NCBI GenBank assembly: GCA_963770835.1
Contig: CAVYRH010000019.1
Span: forward strand, 160,001 to 224,000
From: an uncultured Pseudomonadota bacterium
GTDB taxonomy: Bacteria; Oederibacteriota; Muellerivitia; Muellerivitales; Muellerivitaceae
Direction of reading: 5' to 3'
Length of the DNA: 64,000 nucleotides
Numbering within the stretch: position 1 is the stretch's first letter; each line of letters opens with the position of its first letter. The notes below the pieces were generated by a model that did not search any database, was not told the origin of the DNA, and saw only the letters and a program-made list of their open reading frames with translations. Positions 9,241-21,428 of the stretch are shown here, piece after piece. A program made the translations under genes and the position numbers.

Positions 9241-10346
9241 TGGCCACCATCGACGAGCTCTTTAAGAAGATGGTGGAGCGCAAGGCCTCCGACATGCACC
9301 TGACCATCGGCAACCCGCCCCTGATCCGCGCCAAGGGCGACTTGGTCCCCCTGGAGGATTGGGTCGATGACCGAACAGGTGATCCACGTCCTCCTTTACG
9401 AGACCATGACCCCGGAGCAGTGGGAGCTGTGCTGGCAGCGGCATGATTACGATTATCGCCTACGAGGTACCGGGCCTGGCCCGGTTCCGCTGCCAACGTT
9501 TTTTTCAACCAGCAGGGCATCGCCGCCGTTTTCCGAACCATCCCCACCAAGATACTGACTTTGGACGAACTGGGCATGCCGCCGGTCGTAAGGGATATGT
9601 GCAAGGTCAAGCGGGGCCTTATCCTGGTCACGGGCCCCACGGGAAGCGGCAAATCCACCACCCTGGCCGCCATGATCGACGAGATCAATTCCACCCGCGA
9701 GGCCAATATCCTCACCATCGAGGACCCCATTGAGTTCGTGCATCCCGTGAAGAAGTGCAAGATCACCCAGCGGGAGGTGCACCGCGACACCCATTCTTTC
9801 AAGGCGGCCCTGCGGTCTTCCATGCGCCAGGACCCGGACATCATCCTGGTGGGCGAAATGCGCGACTACGAGACCATTTCACTGGCCATCGCCGCGGCGG
9901 AGATGGGCATCCTGGTTTTCGGCACCCTGCACACCAATTCCGCGGCCAAAACCATCGACCGCATCATCAACGTCTTTCCCTCGGATGAGCGGGAGAAGGC
10001 CCGGGGGGCCCTGGCCGCCTCCACCAAGGGCATCGTGGCCCAGCAGTTGTGCCCCACCAAGGACGGCAAGGGCCGCTGCGCGGCCGTTGAGGTTTTGACC
10101 TATGAAAAGAGCCTTCCCAATTTGATCCGAACCGGAAAGGTTTCGGGTCTCAATTCCCTGATTGAGCTGAACACCAAGGTCGGGATGCAGACCATGGACC
10201 AATGCTTGATGAGGTTCTTCGAGGCCGGCAAGATCACTGCGGAACAGGCTTATTTGAAGGCCAACGAAAAGAAGAAATTCCAGCCCCTGATGGAGAAGGA
10301 AATGGCTGAGGCCAAAGTCGAAGCCCAAAGAGCGGCCGTCAGCTGA
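9240..10346 (+). CDS. pilT: PilT/PilU-family type IV pilus retraction ATPase (copy 2); three +1 indels near 9365, 9457 and 9494
   Basis: ASDMHL, ARFRCNVF (reconstructed), GPTGSGKSTT, TIEDPIEF, RQDPDIILVGEMRD, GTLHT and GMQTMDQ motifs. Start overlaps the copy 1 stop. Confidence 0.9.
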
Positions 10347-10387
10347 AGCCGTTTAGCATAACGGTTTTAAAATGAAAAGAGCGCTCC

Positions 10388-10894
10388 ATGAGTCCTAAGG
10401 ACGATTCTTATATCCTTGAAAAAACAATTTGGAACGAAAATGATTTTGAACAAATGGGATGGCACGATGCCCATATTCACGGCATGGCCTTCGGATCAGA
10501 ATTAAGCGATGGAACGGCCGATTTACTTTTCGATATTGATTACATCTTCAAATGGGTTGGTCCTATTCCACCCGAAAAGCACTTTAGTTTCTGGGTTTCC
10601 CCCTGCACTCTAGTTTTCGAACATGCATATGACTTAAAAACAAACATCGAAGATAAAATGAGTTACGCTTTTGGCCCTTTTGAAATTGCGGATTTTAAAA
10701 TGGTTGAAAGATTACAACGAGAGGGTGATTTCTATGGGTACAAATGGTGTATCGAGCTTCAAACCGGCGCGATAGAATTAAAATCGCATGGATTTAAACA
10801 ATACGTTCGGAAAAAACCTATTTTGGGTGGGCAAGATCTAACTTTGGAAAAACGGGGTGGAATAAGTTTTTCAAAAGAATTTTCTGAGTCCTAA
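10388..10894 (+). CDS. Hypothetical protein (WHD motif), AT-rich
   Basis: 168-aa ORF with DFEQMGWHDAHIHG, FDIDYIFKW and FWVSPCTLVF; followed by a terminator. Confidence 0.75.
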   Translation: MSPKDDSYILEKTIWNENDFEQMGWHDAHIHGMAFGSELSDGTADLLFDIDYIFKWVGPIPPEKHFSFWVSPCTLVFEHAYDLKTNIEDKMSYAFGPFEIADFKMVERLQREGDFYGYKWCIELQTGAIELKSHGFKQYVRKKPILGGQDLTLEKRGGISFSKEFSES

Positions 10895-10896
10895 AC

Positions 10897-10928
10897 AAAA
10901 AGGCGGACCCGATGGGCCCGCCTTTTTT
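10897..10928. terminator. Bidirectional intrinsic terminator
   Basis: AAAAAGGCGGACCCGATGGGCCCGCCTTTTTT: GC-rich stem flanked by A and T tracts, between convergent genes. Confidence 0.85.
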
Positions 10929-10950
10929 ATAACTATTTGCCGAACTTAAA

Positions 10951-12207
<1,257 letters not shown>

Positions 12208-12228
12208 TTAATTCCTCCAAAAATTTGA

Positions 12229-12254
12229 ACCACCAAGACACAAAGGGCACCAAG
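12229..12254 (+). repeat. Short periodic repeat ACCACCAAGACACAAAGGGCACCAAG
   Basis: Three CACnAAG units in the metK-ahcY gap; similar to 4890-4914. Confidence 0.45.
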
Positions 12255-12306
12255 AAAGGCAAAGGTGATTCTTTTTGCTCTCCCGAGTGCCTTGGCGATT
12301 GATGAT

Positions 12307-13484
12307 TTACTTGAGTTTCGCGGCTTTACGCAGAGCGGCGGCTTTGTCGGTCTTTTCCCAGGTGAAATCCTTGTCGTGGCGCCCAAAATGCCCGTAAGCG
12401 GCCGTTTTCTGGTAAATAGGCCGGCGCAGGTTGAGTGCCTTCATGATGCCCCGGGGCGTCAAGTCAAAACACCTTCGGACCAGCTGGGTGATCTGTTCTT
12501 CCGGCAGGCGGCCGGTGCCAAAGGTATTCACCAACACGCTGGTGGGTTCGGCCACGCCGATGGCATAGGAAATCTGCACTTCACATTGGTCGGCCAAGCC
12601 GGCGGCCACGATGTTTTTGGCCACCCAGCGCGCCGCAGTAAGCCGCCGAACGGTCCACCTTTGGAGGGATCCTTTCCGGAGAAAGCGCCGCCGCCATGGC
12701 GGCCATATCCGCCATAGGTGTCGACGATGATTTTTCGGCCGGTCAGACCCGTGTCGCCCAAGGGCCCGCCGATTTCGAAACGGCCGGTGGGATTGACGAA
12801 AATCTTGGTTTTGCTGTCGATCATGTGGGAGGGGATAACCGGTCTTGATGACATGACGGATGACGTCCTTCCGCAGTTTGGACTGGTTCACCGGCGCGTG
12901 CTGGGTGGAAACCACCACCGCGTCCACGCGCACCGGCTTGCCGCCGATATATTCCACCGAAACCTGGCTCTTGCCGTCGGGCCGCAGGTAAGGGAATTTT
13001 CTTGGACTTGCGCACCTGGGCCAGCTTTTCCACCAGCCGGTGGGCCAACATGATGGGAAGCGGCATCAGCTCGGGGGTTTCCCGGCAGGCGAAGCCGAAC
13101 ATCATACCCTGGTCGCCCGCGCCGCCAGTGTCCACGCCCATGGCGATGTCAGGGGATTGACGGTTGATGGCCACGGAGACGCCAGCCGTGTCCGCGTCCA
13201 AGCCGGCTTTGGCGTCGGTATAGCCGATCTTGCGGATGGTGTCGCGGACCACCTGGGCTCAAGTTCACCTGGGCTTTGGTGGTGATTTCTCCCGCCACCA
13301 CCACCCAGTTGCAGGTCAAAAGGGTCTCGCAGGCCACCCGGCTGAAGGGGTCCTGTTTCAGGCAAGCATCCAGGATGCCATCCGAAATGGCGTCGGCCAC
13401 CTTGTCCGGATGCCCCTCGGTGACAGATTCCGACGTGAAAAAAAATTTTTCCTTGCCCAGCGGTGAAAGCGCGGCGCTCTTCAT
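12307..13484 (-). CDS. metK: S-adenosylmethionine synthetase; about five +1 indels (probable sequencing errors)
   Basis: [66 protein letters not shown] and TAAYGHFGR are spread over consecutive frames. ATG at 13484 with AAGGAG RBS. Confidence 0.95.
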
Positions 13485-13596
13485 TCCAAATCTCCTTCGA
13501 AAGGATAAAATTACATCACGGCTTAAAACTGTGTGGGCGAGGAAGGTGTCGATACGTCGAACAGCTTGGTTAACAATCCTTGCCGCGATCCGGGCC

Positions 13597-13634
13597 AAAA
13601 GGAAAGCCCTTGTTCCAAGGCTGGAACAAGGGCT
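13597..13634 (-). terminator. Intrinsic terminator of the sugar ABC operon
   Basis: Perfect 13-bp stem AGCCCTTGTTCCA/TGGAACAAGGGCT (13605-13634), followed by TTCCTTTT on the minus strand. Confidence 0.8.
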
Positions 13635-13680
13635 GGTTCGGAGTGCAATTATAGTTTTTAAATCCAAAATTTCAAATGAA

Positions 13681-14629
13681 CTATTTCAATCCCGTGGTCG
13701 CGATTCCCTGGATGAAGTACCTCTGGCCCACCAAGAACATGACAGCAATGGGGATGGAAATCAAAAGGGACGCCGCCATCAGCAGGTGGTAATCCTGGCC
13801 ATAAAGGGAAACGAAATTCTTCAACCCCAAGGCCAGGGTCTTTTTGCTGTTGGAATCGAGGTAAATCAAGAGGATTCAAGAAATCGTTCCAGTTATAAAC
13901 GAAGGAAAAGACCGCTACCGTCGTTAGGGCGGGTTTGCAAAGGGGAAGCAAAATGCGCCAGTAAACCCCGAAGTTGGTGCAACCATCGATCTTGGCCGCC
14001 TCGTCCATCTCATAGGGGATGCTCATGAAAAATTGCCGCATCAGGAAGATGTTGTAGGCGCCTCCGCCCAGAAAGGCCGGGACGATAAGGGGATAAAAGG
14101 TGTCGTACCACCCGGCGCTCTTAAAAAGGATGAACGTGGGGATCATGGTGACTTGCGGCCGGTACCATCATGGTGGCCAGACAGAGGAGGAACAGAGGGC
14201 CCCGACCCGGAAAACGCAAGCCGGGCGAAAGCGAAGGCCACCAGCGAGGAGGAGAAAGTGGTTCCCAGGCAGCTCAAGACCGCGATGGTGAGGGTATTCA
14301 AGATGTAGGTGGTGAAAGTGACGCCATGGAACGGGATTCCCAGGAAGCTCCAATCCTCGGAAGCGTACATCCCGGAGATGTTCCAGGCCGTGGGGTAGTT
14401 TTCCAAGTGAAGGGGGGTCGGAATCCAGACCGGTGGCACGGAAAAAACATCAGTGCGGGTCTTGAAGGAAGTGGAAAGCATCCAGATGATCGGCAGCATC
14501 ATGACGATGGACCCTATCACCAAAAGTATCGTACACGGTGATCTTCGTGATCTTTTCGTTGCGGCGTTTGCTGGCCCAGAAACCTTCGGGTGCGGCCGAG
14601 GGAGCGGGAACGATGGTTGATTCGCTCAT
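13681..14629 (-). CDS. Carbohydrate ABC transporter permease (MalG/UgpE-like); about four +1 indels
   Basis: AFAFARLRFPGR (reconstructed), [23 protein letters not shown] (EAA loop), WNDFL and [14 protein letters not shown]. Confidence 0.88.
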
Positions 14630-14639
14630 GGTGAAGTCC

Positions 14640-15575
14640 TTATTTCCTTAATTCGCCTTCGTAGTAAACCCACTTGGAATACTTAAATTGCAGCCAAGTG
14701 GCCAGCATGATGACGACGAACAATACCCAGGCCAGAGCCGAGGCATAGCCCATTTGGTAATACTTGAAAGCCTTTTGGTAGATATAAAGCACCATCACCA
14801 GCGTGGAATCGGCCGGGCCCACCGAGGCCATCGGTCATGACGTCTACCTGGGTGAAAATCTGGAAGGAATTGACGATGGAAATGATCAATTGGAAAAAAA
14901 TGACCGGCGAAAGGCCCGGCAGGGTGACCGTCCAAAACTGTTGCCAGCGGTTGGCCCCGTCGATTTCCGCCGCTTCATAAAGAGTTGAGGGAATTCCCTG
15001 GAGCCCCGCCAAGTAAATGATCATGCCGCCGCCAACCCCCCACAAACTCATAATGACCAAGCGCCGGCTTGCTCCAGACCTCGCTGGCCATCCACTTGGG
15101 GCAGTCGGAAATGGGGATGCCGGTTAGAAGACCGCCCAGGCTCGAAACAACGTGAATCATGTAGTTTAACAAGCCCCGAATCGGCGTTGAAAATCCACTT
15201 CCAAAGGACCGCTATCGCCACGCCCGCACCCACCACCGAAGGAAGGTAAAAAAGCGTCCGGAAAGCGCCGATGCCCTTTACTTTCTGGTTCATGAGAAGT
15301 GCCACGACAATGGACAACACCATGCCGATGGGCACGGAAAGGAAGGTGAAATAGGCGGTATTAAAAAGGGCTTTCCAGAACCGCGGGTCGTTGAAGAACA
15401 TCTCCTTATAGTTGTCGAACCCCACGAATTGAATGGGGGTCAGGATGTCCCACTTACAGAAGGAAAGGAAAAAGGCCGCTAGGATGGGACCGCCCATCAG
15501 GAAAACCATCCAAACCAGGAACGGCGACAAAAAAATGAAGGCACTGATGGCTTCTTTGCGTTCGGCTGATGTCAT
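14640..15575 (-). CDS. Carbohydrate ABC transporter permease (MalF/UgpA-like); about three +1 indels
   Basis: [38 protein letters not shown] and MGYASALAW motifs. Confidence 0.88.
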
Positions 15576-15594
15576 TTTCAGTTTCGTCCTCCGC

Positions 15595-16887
15595 TTAATT
15601 GGTTTGAGGCGGGTTCTTTTCCAACACAGGCCTCAAGTGATCCATGGCTTCAGCGGCCGTTTCAGTGCCGTTCCAAACCTTTTCCAATTCCGGGCCGATG
15701 ATACTGTCGTGGACCTCAAACCAATTTTTGCACATGGGATTGTATTTCACGTATTTCATCGCATCCAACACCATCTTCTTGTTTTTGGGGTCCTGGTTGT
15801 CTAGGAATAACGGCGAATTGGCGGCCGACATAATGGACGGCTGGGCCAACCCGGTGGCGGCCAGTTTCTTGGCCCCTTCCTCTCCGGAGATATACTTCAC
15901 CAGTTCCCACGCTTCTTTTTTATGCGTCGAGGTTTTCAGGATGCCGTAACCCGATCCGCCGGTAGGGAAGGCCCGAAAGCCCTCGGGATTCTTAGGAAAC
16001 ATCGCCACATCCCACTTGAAATTCTTGATCGCGCGGAACTTCGGGGTGGGCCAAATGCCCGACAAATACATCGCAACGGAACCGTTAATGAACATATCGG
16101 AAGTCCCCATTCCTCCCATGGCCGTCAAACTGGAAGGCGGAAGCATCATCTTATACTTGTTCATCATGTCGGCACGGAATTGGATGCCCTTCAAAGTATT
16201 GGGATCGGTGGCGAAGGTCCATTTGGTGGGATGCTTAACGTTGTCAGCGAAACTTCCCCCTGCGTCATAAACCCAGGCGTCAAAAAGCGGCCACTCATCC
16301 ACGAAACCCCAGCGGGTGACATGGCCTGTGGCGTCGGCTTTCATGACTTTCTTGCCGTCGGCGACGAACTGGTTCCAGTCCCAGTCATCCGTTGGATAAG
16401 GCACCCCCGCCTCATCGAAGGCATTTTTGTTGTAAAAAATCACCCCGATGGGGGCGGTGTCGCGGGGGATGACATAGGTTTGGCCGTCCACCGTAAAGCG
16501 ATCCACCACCTGGGGATAATAAATACTTAAATCCATATGGTCGGCCTGGATATAGGGGTTCAATGGCTCCAGGGCGCCGCGCAGGAAGAGATCGACGAAA
16601 TTATTAACTTCCACGAAGATCACGTCGGGAGCCTGGCCACCCGCGATTTGAGTCAGCAGCTTGGTGACATAGTCACCGAAGGGAATGCGTTCCAGTTCGG
16701 CCTGGGCATCCGGGTGGATCTTGTTGTAATCGTTGATAAGGTCGGTGAGGATCTGGTTTTCTTCCGGGCTTCCCCAAGAAGAAATCTTGATTTTAGTTCC
16801 ACCGCTTTTGAAACACCCATTGAGGGCCACGGTGCACAAGAGGGCCAAACAGGCAAAACCAACCAATACTAACCGAAGATTTTTCAT
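15595..16887 (-). CDS. Carbohydrate ABC transporter extracellular solute-binding lipoprotein
   Basis: Start MKNLRLV with GGAGG RBS; lipobox-like LNGC; APDVIF, FYNKNAFDEAGV and FINGSVAM motifs (SBP family 1). Confidence 0.9.
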   Translation of the reverse strand: MKNLRLVLVGFACLALLCTVALNGCFKSGGTKIKISSWGSPEENQILTDLINDYNKIHPDAQAELERIPFGDYVTKLLTQIAGGQAPDVIFVEVNNFVDLFLRGALEPLNPYIQADHMDLSIYYPQVVDRFTVDGQTYVIPRDTAPIGVIFYNKNAFDEAGVPYPTDDWDWNQFVADGKKVMKADATGHVTRWGFVDEWPLFDAWVYDAGGSFADNVKHPTKWTFATDPNTLKGIQFRADMMNKYKMMLPPSSLTAMGGMGTSDMFINGSVAMYLSGIWPTPKFRAIKNFKWDVAMFPKNPEGFRAFPTGGSGYGILKTSTHKKEAWELVKYISGEEGAKKLAATGLAQPSIMSAANSPLFLDNQDPKNKKMVLDAMKYVKYNPMCKNWFEVHDSIIGPELEKVWNGTETAAEAMDHLRPVLEKNPPQTN

Positions 16888-17223
16888 AAAACCTCCAAAA
16901 ACCAAAATGGGTATCTGTCGTTGGATGAAACGGAAAGGCCAAGCGGGATTTAGTATGTCATAGGCCACTAGGACCGTCAACGAAGAAAACCCCGGCGGGT
17001 TTCCTTGCGCTTCGCCGGAACAAAAGACCAATCACTTTTCGAGCTGGTAAAACAATCGGACCGAACGAATCTTCATTTCCCCGGAAAAGGTCCAACCAGG
17101 AACCGAATAAGCTGAACGATTTTTTATGCGTACCTGACCGGTCCCTGGGCTAGAATTACGGCTCGGTTTTCCCGGTTCAAGCCGGGAATCCGGCGACGAT
17201 TCTTCAACCCAGGGGGCTTATCC

Positions 17224-19488
17224 ATGCGACACCGTTTTGTGGTTGCTGCCATTTTTTTTGCCGTCACCTCATTCCTCCAGGCTCAAGGAACGGGACCCTC
17301 GTCGCCGCAAACGCCGGTTACTCCCAAAAACCAAGGACGCCTTTCCACCACGGACGCCAAGGTCAGAGCCTTGCTGGCCAAAATGACCCTCGAGGAAAAA
17401 ATCGGCCAGATGCTCCAATACAGCCCTTGGAAATCCACCGAGGACAAAATCAAGGGCGAGGTGGCCGGGGGCAAAGTGGGCTCCCTTCTAAATGTCTTCG
17501 GCGCCGCAAAGGCCAATGAGTACCAGAAAATCGCCGTGGAAAAATCCCGCCTCCACATTCCACTCATCCTGGGCCTAGACGTCATCCACGGTTATAAAAC
17601 CATCTTCCCCATTCCCTTGGCGGAAGATTGCGCCTGGAACCCTGGCCTACTGGAAAAATGCGAACATGTGGCGGCCACGGAAGCCTTCGCGGCGGGCTTA
17701 CGTTGGACTTTCGCTCCCATGGTGGATGTCTCGCGCGAACCCCGTTGGGGTCGCATTTCAGAAGGCTCCGGTGAAGACCCCACATTAGGCGCCATTTTGG
17801 CCGTAGCCCGGGTGAAGGGATTCCAAGGGGAGCATTTGAACGATCCCGGTTCGATTGCCGCCTGCGCCAAGCATTTTGTAGGGTATGGAGCGCCTATCGC
17901 GGGCCGGGAATATAACACCACCGACATGTCGGAGACTACCCTTCGGGAAATCCACCTCCCGCCTTTCAAGGCCGCCGTGGATGCGGGGGTAGAGACATTG
18001 ATGAGCGCCTTTAATGATTTAAACGGCGTGCCGGCGTCGGGCAACCGCCACACCCTGCGGGATATCCTCAAGGGCGAATGGGGATTCAAAGGCTTCGTGG
18101 TTTCGGACTGGGCCTCCATTCAACAGCTGGTTTCCCATGGTTTTGCTACCAACGACAAGGATTCGGCCTTGAAAGGAATCGCCGCTGGCGTGGATATGGA
18201 CATGCAGTCCCACGTCTATGGGGATTACCTCGCTGAGTTGGTCAAGGAGAAGAAGATCTCCCCCCGCCTCATCGATGACGCGGTCAAACGCATCCTCAAG
18301 GTGAAATACGAGCTTGGTCTTTTTGACAACCCCTATACCGACGAAGCGAAGGAAGCCGAGTTGACCCTGACCCCGGACAACCTGAATTTGGCTTTGCAGG
18401 AAGCTGAACAATCCATCGTCCTTTTAAAGAACGAGAAGAACCTTCTCCCCTTGTCAAAGGACCTCAAAACCATCGCGGTCATCGGCTCCTTGGCGGACTC
18501 CCAAAAAGACCCGCTGGGCTCCTGGCATTGCCGCGGGGAGGACGCCTTGGACAAGGTCAGCACCGTTTTGGCCGGAATCCAAGCGGCGGTTTCCAAGGAC
18601 ACCAAAATCCTTTATGCCCCCGGTGTCGGCGTCACTTTAGATTCCGCGACCGACAAGGCTTTTTCCGAAGCCGTCGATACCGCTAAAAAGGCCCAGGTGG
18701 CCGTGGTGGTGGCGGGTGAAACCCAGGACATGAGCGGTGAAGCCTCCGCCCGCACTTCACTCGACCTGCCCGGCCGCCAGGAGGAAATGATCAAGGCCAT
18801 CCAAGCCACCGGCGTTCCGGTGGTCCTGGTCTTGATGAACGGAAGGCCTCTCACCATTCCTTGGGAAGCGGAACATCTTCCCGCCATCGTCGAAAGCTGG
18901 TTTTTGGGCACCCAGCAAGGCAAGGCTGTGGCCAGCGTGCTTTTCGGTGACACAAACCCTTCGGGTAAATTGGTGGTCACCTTTCCCCGCAACCTGGGCC
19001 AAGTGCCTATTTACTACGCCCAGATGAACACGGGCCGGCCCGACGTGGGCAAGGAAAAATGGGAGTCCAAATACATCGATTGCCCCAATACGCCCCAATT
19101 TCCTTTCGGCTTCGGTTTGAGCTATACCCAGTATGAATACAACAACCTGGCTTTGGATTCCAAAACCTTGAAACCGTCCGGCGTTCTTAAGGTCACCGCC
19201 CAGGTAAAAAACAGCGGTGCGGCGGCCGGAACCGAGATTGTCCAGCTTTATATCCGGGATTTGGTGGCCAGCGTCACCCAGCCGGTGAGAAAGTTGGTGG
19301 ACTTTCAGAGAGTGGACCTGGCCCCCGGCGAAACCAAGACCGTCGAATTCACCCTACCCGCTTCCAAATTGGGTTTTTACAACGAACAGGGAAAGTATTT
19401 AATGGAACCAGGGCCTTTCAAAATATGGGTCGCCCGGGATTCCTCCGATAGCGCCCTCGAGGACAACTTTGAACTTGTTTCAAAATAA
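17224..19488 (+). CDS. bglX: Periplasmic beta-glucosidase, GH3 with Fn3-like domain
   Basis: Signal peptide; MTLEEKIGQ, DVIHG, REPRWGRISEGSGEDP, KHFVGYG, VVSDW, SGEASAR and FPFGFGLSYT motifs. Confidence 0.95.
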   Translation: MRHRFVVAAIFFAVTSFLQAQGTGPSSPQTPVTPKNQGRLSTTDAKVRALLAKMTLEEKIGQMLQYSPWKSTEDKIKGEVAGGKVGSLLNVFGAAKANEYQKIAVEKSRLHIPLILGLDVIHGYKTIFPIPLAEDCAWNPGLLEKCEHVAATEAFAAGLRWTFAPMVDVSREPRWGRISEGSGEDPTLGAILAVARVKGFQGEHLNDPGSIAACAKHFVGYGAPIAGREYNTTDMSETTLREIHLPPFKAAVDAGVETLMSAFNDLNGVPASGNRHTLRDILKGEWGFKGFVVSDWASIQQLVSHGFATNDKDSALKGIAAGVDMDMQSHVYGDYLAELVKEKKISPRLIDDAVKRILKVKYELGLFDNPYTDEAKEAELTLTPDNLNLALQEAEQSIVLLKNEKNLLPLSKDLKTIAVIGSLADSQKDPLGSWHCRGEDALDKVSTVLAGIQAAVSKDTKILYAPGVGVTLDSATDKAFSEAVDTAKKAQVAVVVAGETQDMSGEASARTSLDLPGRQEEMIKAIQATGVPVVLVLMNGRPLTIPWEAEHLPAIVESWFLGTQQGKAVASVLFGDTNPSGKLVVTFPRNLGQVPIYYAQMNTGRPDVGKEKWESKYIDCPNTPQFPFGFGLSYTQYEYNNLALDSKTLKPSGVLKVTAQVKNSGAAAGTEIVQLYIRDLVASVTQPVRKLVDFQRVDLAPGETKTVEFTLPASKLGFYNEQGKYLMEPGPFKIWVARDSSDSALEDNFELVSK

Positions 19489-19509
19489 TAAGAACTCCCG
19501 CGTCCTACC

Positions 19510-20238
19510 ATGAGTTCCCCTAAAGCCTGGGACGGCCAGCGGGAAACCTTGGACGATCTTTCGTCCGCCGTCCACTACAACAGGTGGATTTACGGTATGC
19601 TTCGGCCCTACTTGGGAAGCCGCATCATGGAAATAGGCTGTGGCACCGGCAACCTCACCGGGGACTTTGCCCGGCACGGGAGGGTGCTGGCTGTCGATAT
19701 GCACGAGGGTTATTTAAAGGAAGCCCGCCGCAGGCTCAAAGGGATCCATGGCGTTTCCTTCCTTAAAATTAACCTTGAGCGTCCTTTAAGGGAACTGAAA
19801 CGCTTCGGGGCCGATACGATCGTTTGCGTTAACGTATTGGAACACCTGAAAGACGACCACGGAGTCCTCACTCGATGCCTGCGCCTGCTGAAACCCGGCG
19901 GCAAGCTGCTTTTGTTCGTGCCGGCTTTCCAGTTTCTTTTCGGCTCCATGGATAAAAGTTACGGCCATTTTCGCCGGTATTCCCGCAGCGGACTGCAGGA
20001 AAAAGTAGCCCGAGCCGGGTTCAGTGTGAAGTATTGCCGTTACCTGAATTTATTGGGTGTCGCCGGCTGGTGGTGGAATGGGAAGATCCTGAAAAAAAAG
20101 ATCATCCCAAAGTCCCAAATGATGCTGTATGACAGCGTGGTCCGCTTCTCCTCCAAAATCGAGCGTTTTCTCCCGAAGCCCATCGGCCTTTCCCTTTTTT
20201 GCGTGGGTGCCAAAGAAAAAAGCTTCCGGAATCGGTGA
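19510..20238 (+). CDS. Class I SAM-dependent methyltransferase
   Basis: EIGCGTG, NVLEHL, LKPGGKLLLFVPA and GHFRRY motifs. Confidence 0.9.
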   Translation: MSSPKAWDGQRETLDDLSSAVHYNRWIYGMLRPYLGSRIMEIGCGTGNLTGDFARHGRVLAVDMHEGYLKEARRRLKGIHGVSFLKINLERPLRELKRFGADTIVCVNVLEHLKDDHGVLTRCLRLLKPGGKLLLFVPAFQFLFGSMDKSYGHFRRYSRSGLQEKVARAGFSVKYCRYLNLLGVAGWWWNGKILKKKIIPKSQMMLYDSVVRFSSKIERFLPKPIGLSLFCVGAKEKSFRNR

Positions 20239-20420
20239 AAAAAGGTTCCAAGAGAGGGTTAGGATCATCCGCCCTCTTCCTCCACCTGGATTCCCCAGGA
20301 CTTTTCTTCCCAAAACCCGCCGGTCTACTCCAATTTCTGGGCGAAAACGATCCCCAAACGTGTTATCTTTAGGACTCTTTCGGGCCGGTAGCCGTGACCA
20401 AAAATCGAGTGAGGAAACAT

Positions 20421-21428
20421 ATGGCCAAAATAACCAAGCGAAAAGCTTCATCCAACAGTAAGAAATCGCGGGGCAAAAAAAACCGCCGATCCGGGAAATT
20501 GATCGCCATTATCCTTGCTTTTCTGGGTTTCCTTTTCTTGGCTGAGGTCGTTTCCTATATTGTCGGCAAAACCAACTCTTCCAAGGAAATCTTTGTCCAA
20601 GATGTATTGGATTTCAGCGGGGCCACCCAGTCCTGCGGTGCTTTTAAAGCTTGGGATGTATTGGCCCTACCCGACGGCCGCATCGTTTTAAGTGACCAGG
20701 GTAACAAACGCCTATTATTTTTTGATTCAAAAGGCCAATTCCTCCAAGAAATCGGTCTCAAACAAGCCGGTCCTCCCGATCTTACCGAAGTTTCTTGCCT
20801 TACCGCCGATTCCTCCGGAAACGTCTACGTGATGGACACCTGGACTGGCTTGATTCGGGGCTTTGACCCAAAGGGCCGGGCTATGGTCAAGGTAGACTTG
20901 GGCGGAAAAGGTTTCTACGGGCCCAGGGGATTAGCCTGGGACGGGGCTAATTTCGTGATCGCCGATACCGGCAGCCACCGTGTTGTCAAAGTGACCACTG
21001 CCGGTTCGATCCTCGGTGCCTGGGGCCAGCACGGATCGGGAAATAAAGAATTCCAAAATCCTTATCAAGTGGTGGCCGATGGCCAGGGCAGGTATGAAGT
21101 GGTGGACAGGGACAATAACCGGATCCAAATCCTGGACAACGAAGGCCATTTTCTGAAGCAAATTGACCTCGGCGCCCCTCCCCAAGCGGAAGCCGTGGAT
21201 GCGGCCCGCCACATCCTTTATGTTTCCTCGCTGGACGGGCGGTTCCTGCGGGCTTATGGTTTGGATGGAAACCTCATTGGAAATTTGGTTCAAGGTGACC
21301 CCAAGAATCCACAGCCCTTGTCGGGCGTCAACGCCCTCAGCGTGCTGCCGAACGGGGATATCGTGGCTTCCATGACCGACCGGATTACCGTTTATCATTC
21401 CCTTCCCGCCGCGCCCGGACAGCGGTAA
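20421..21428 (+). CDS. Membrane-anchored NHL-repeat beta-propeller protein
   Basis: Basic leader plus one TM; repeats SDQGNKR, FYGPRGLA, ADTGSHRV, FQNPYQV and DRDNNRIQ. ATG at 20421 after GAGGA. Confidence 0.88.
   Translation: MAKITKRKASSNSKKSRGKKNRRSGKLIAIILAFLGFLFLAEVVSYIVGKTNSSKEIFVQDVLDFSGATQSCGAFKAWDVLALPDGRIVLSDQGNKRLLFFDSKGQFLQEIGLKQAGPPDLTEVSCLTADSSGNVYVMDTWTGLIRGFDPKGRAMVKVDLGGKGFYGPRGLAWDGANFVIADTGSHRVVKVTTAGSILGAWGQHGSGNKEFQNPYQVVADGQGRYEVVDRDNNRIQILDNEGHFLKQIDLGAPPQAEAVDAARHILYVSSLDGRFLRAYGLDGNLIGNLVQGDPKNPQPLSGVNALSVLPNGDIVASMTDRITVYHSLPAAPGQR

Noticed and set aside
12307..13484. metK as a true pseudogene or programmed frameshift
   Set aside because: Five scattered +1 bases with intact motifs and no slippery heptamers, inside a local indel cluster; sequencing error is more likely.
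13485..13680. SAM riboswitch upstream of metK
   Set aside because: No SAM-I/II core consensus recognised; the only strong hairpin is explained as the upstream operon's terminator. An Rfam covariance scan would settle it.
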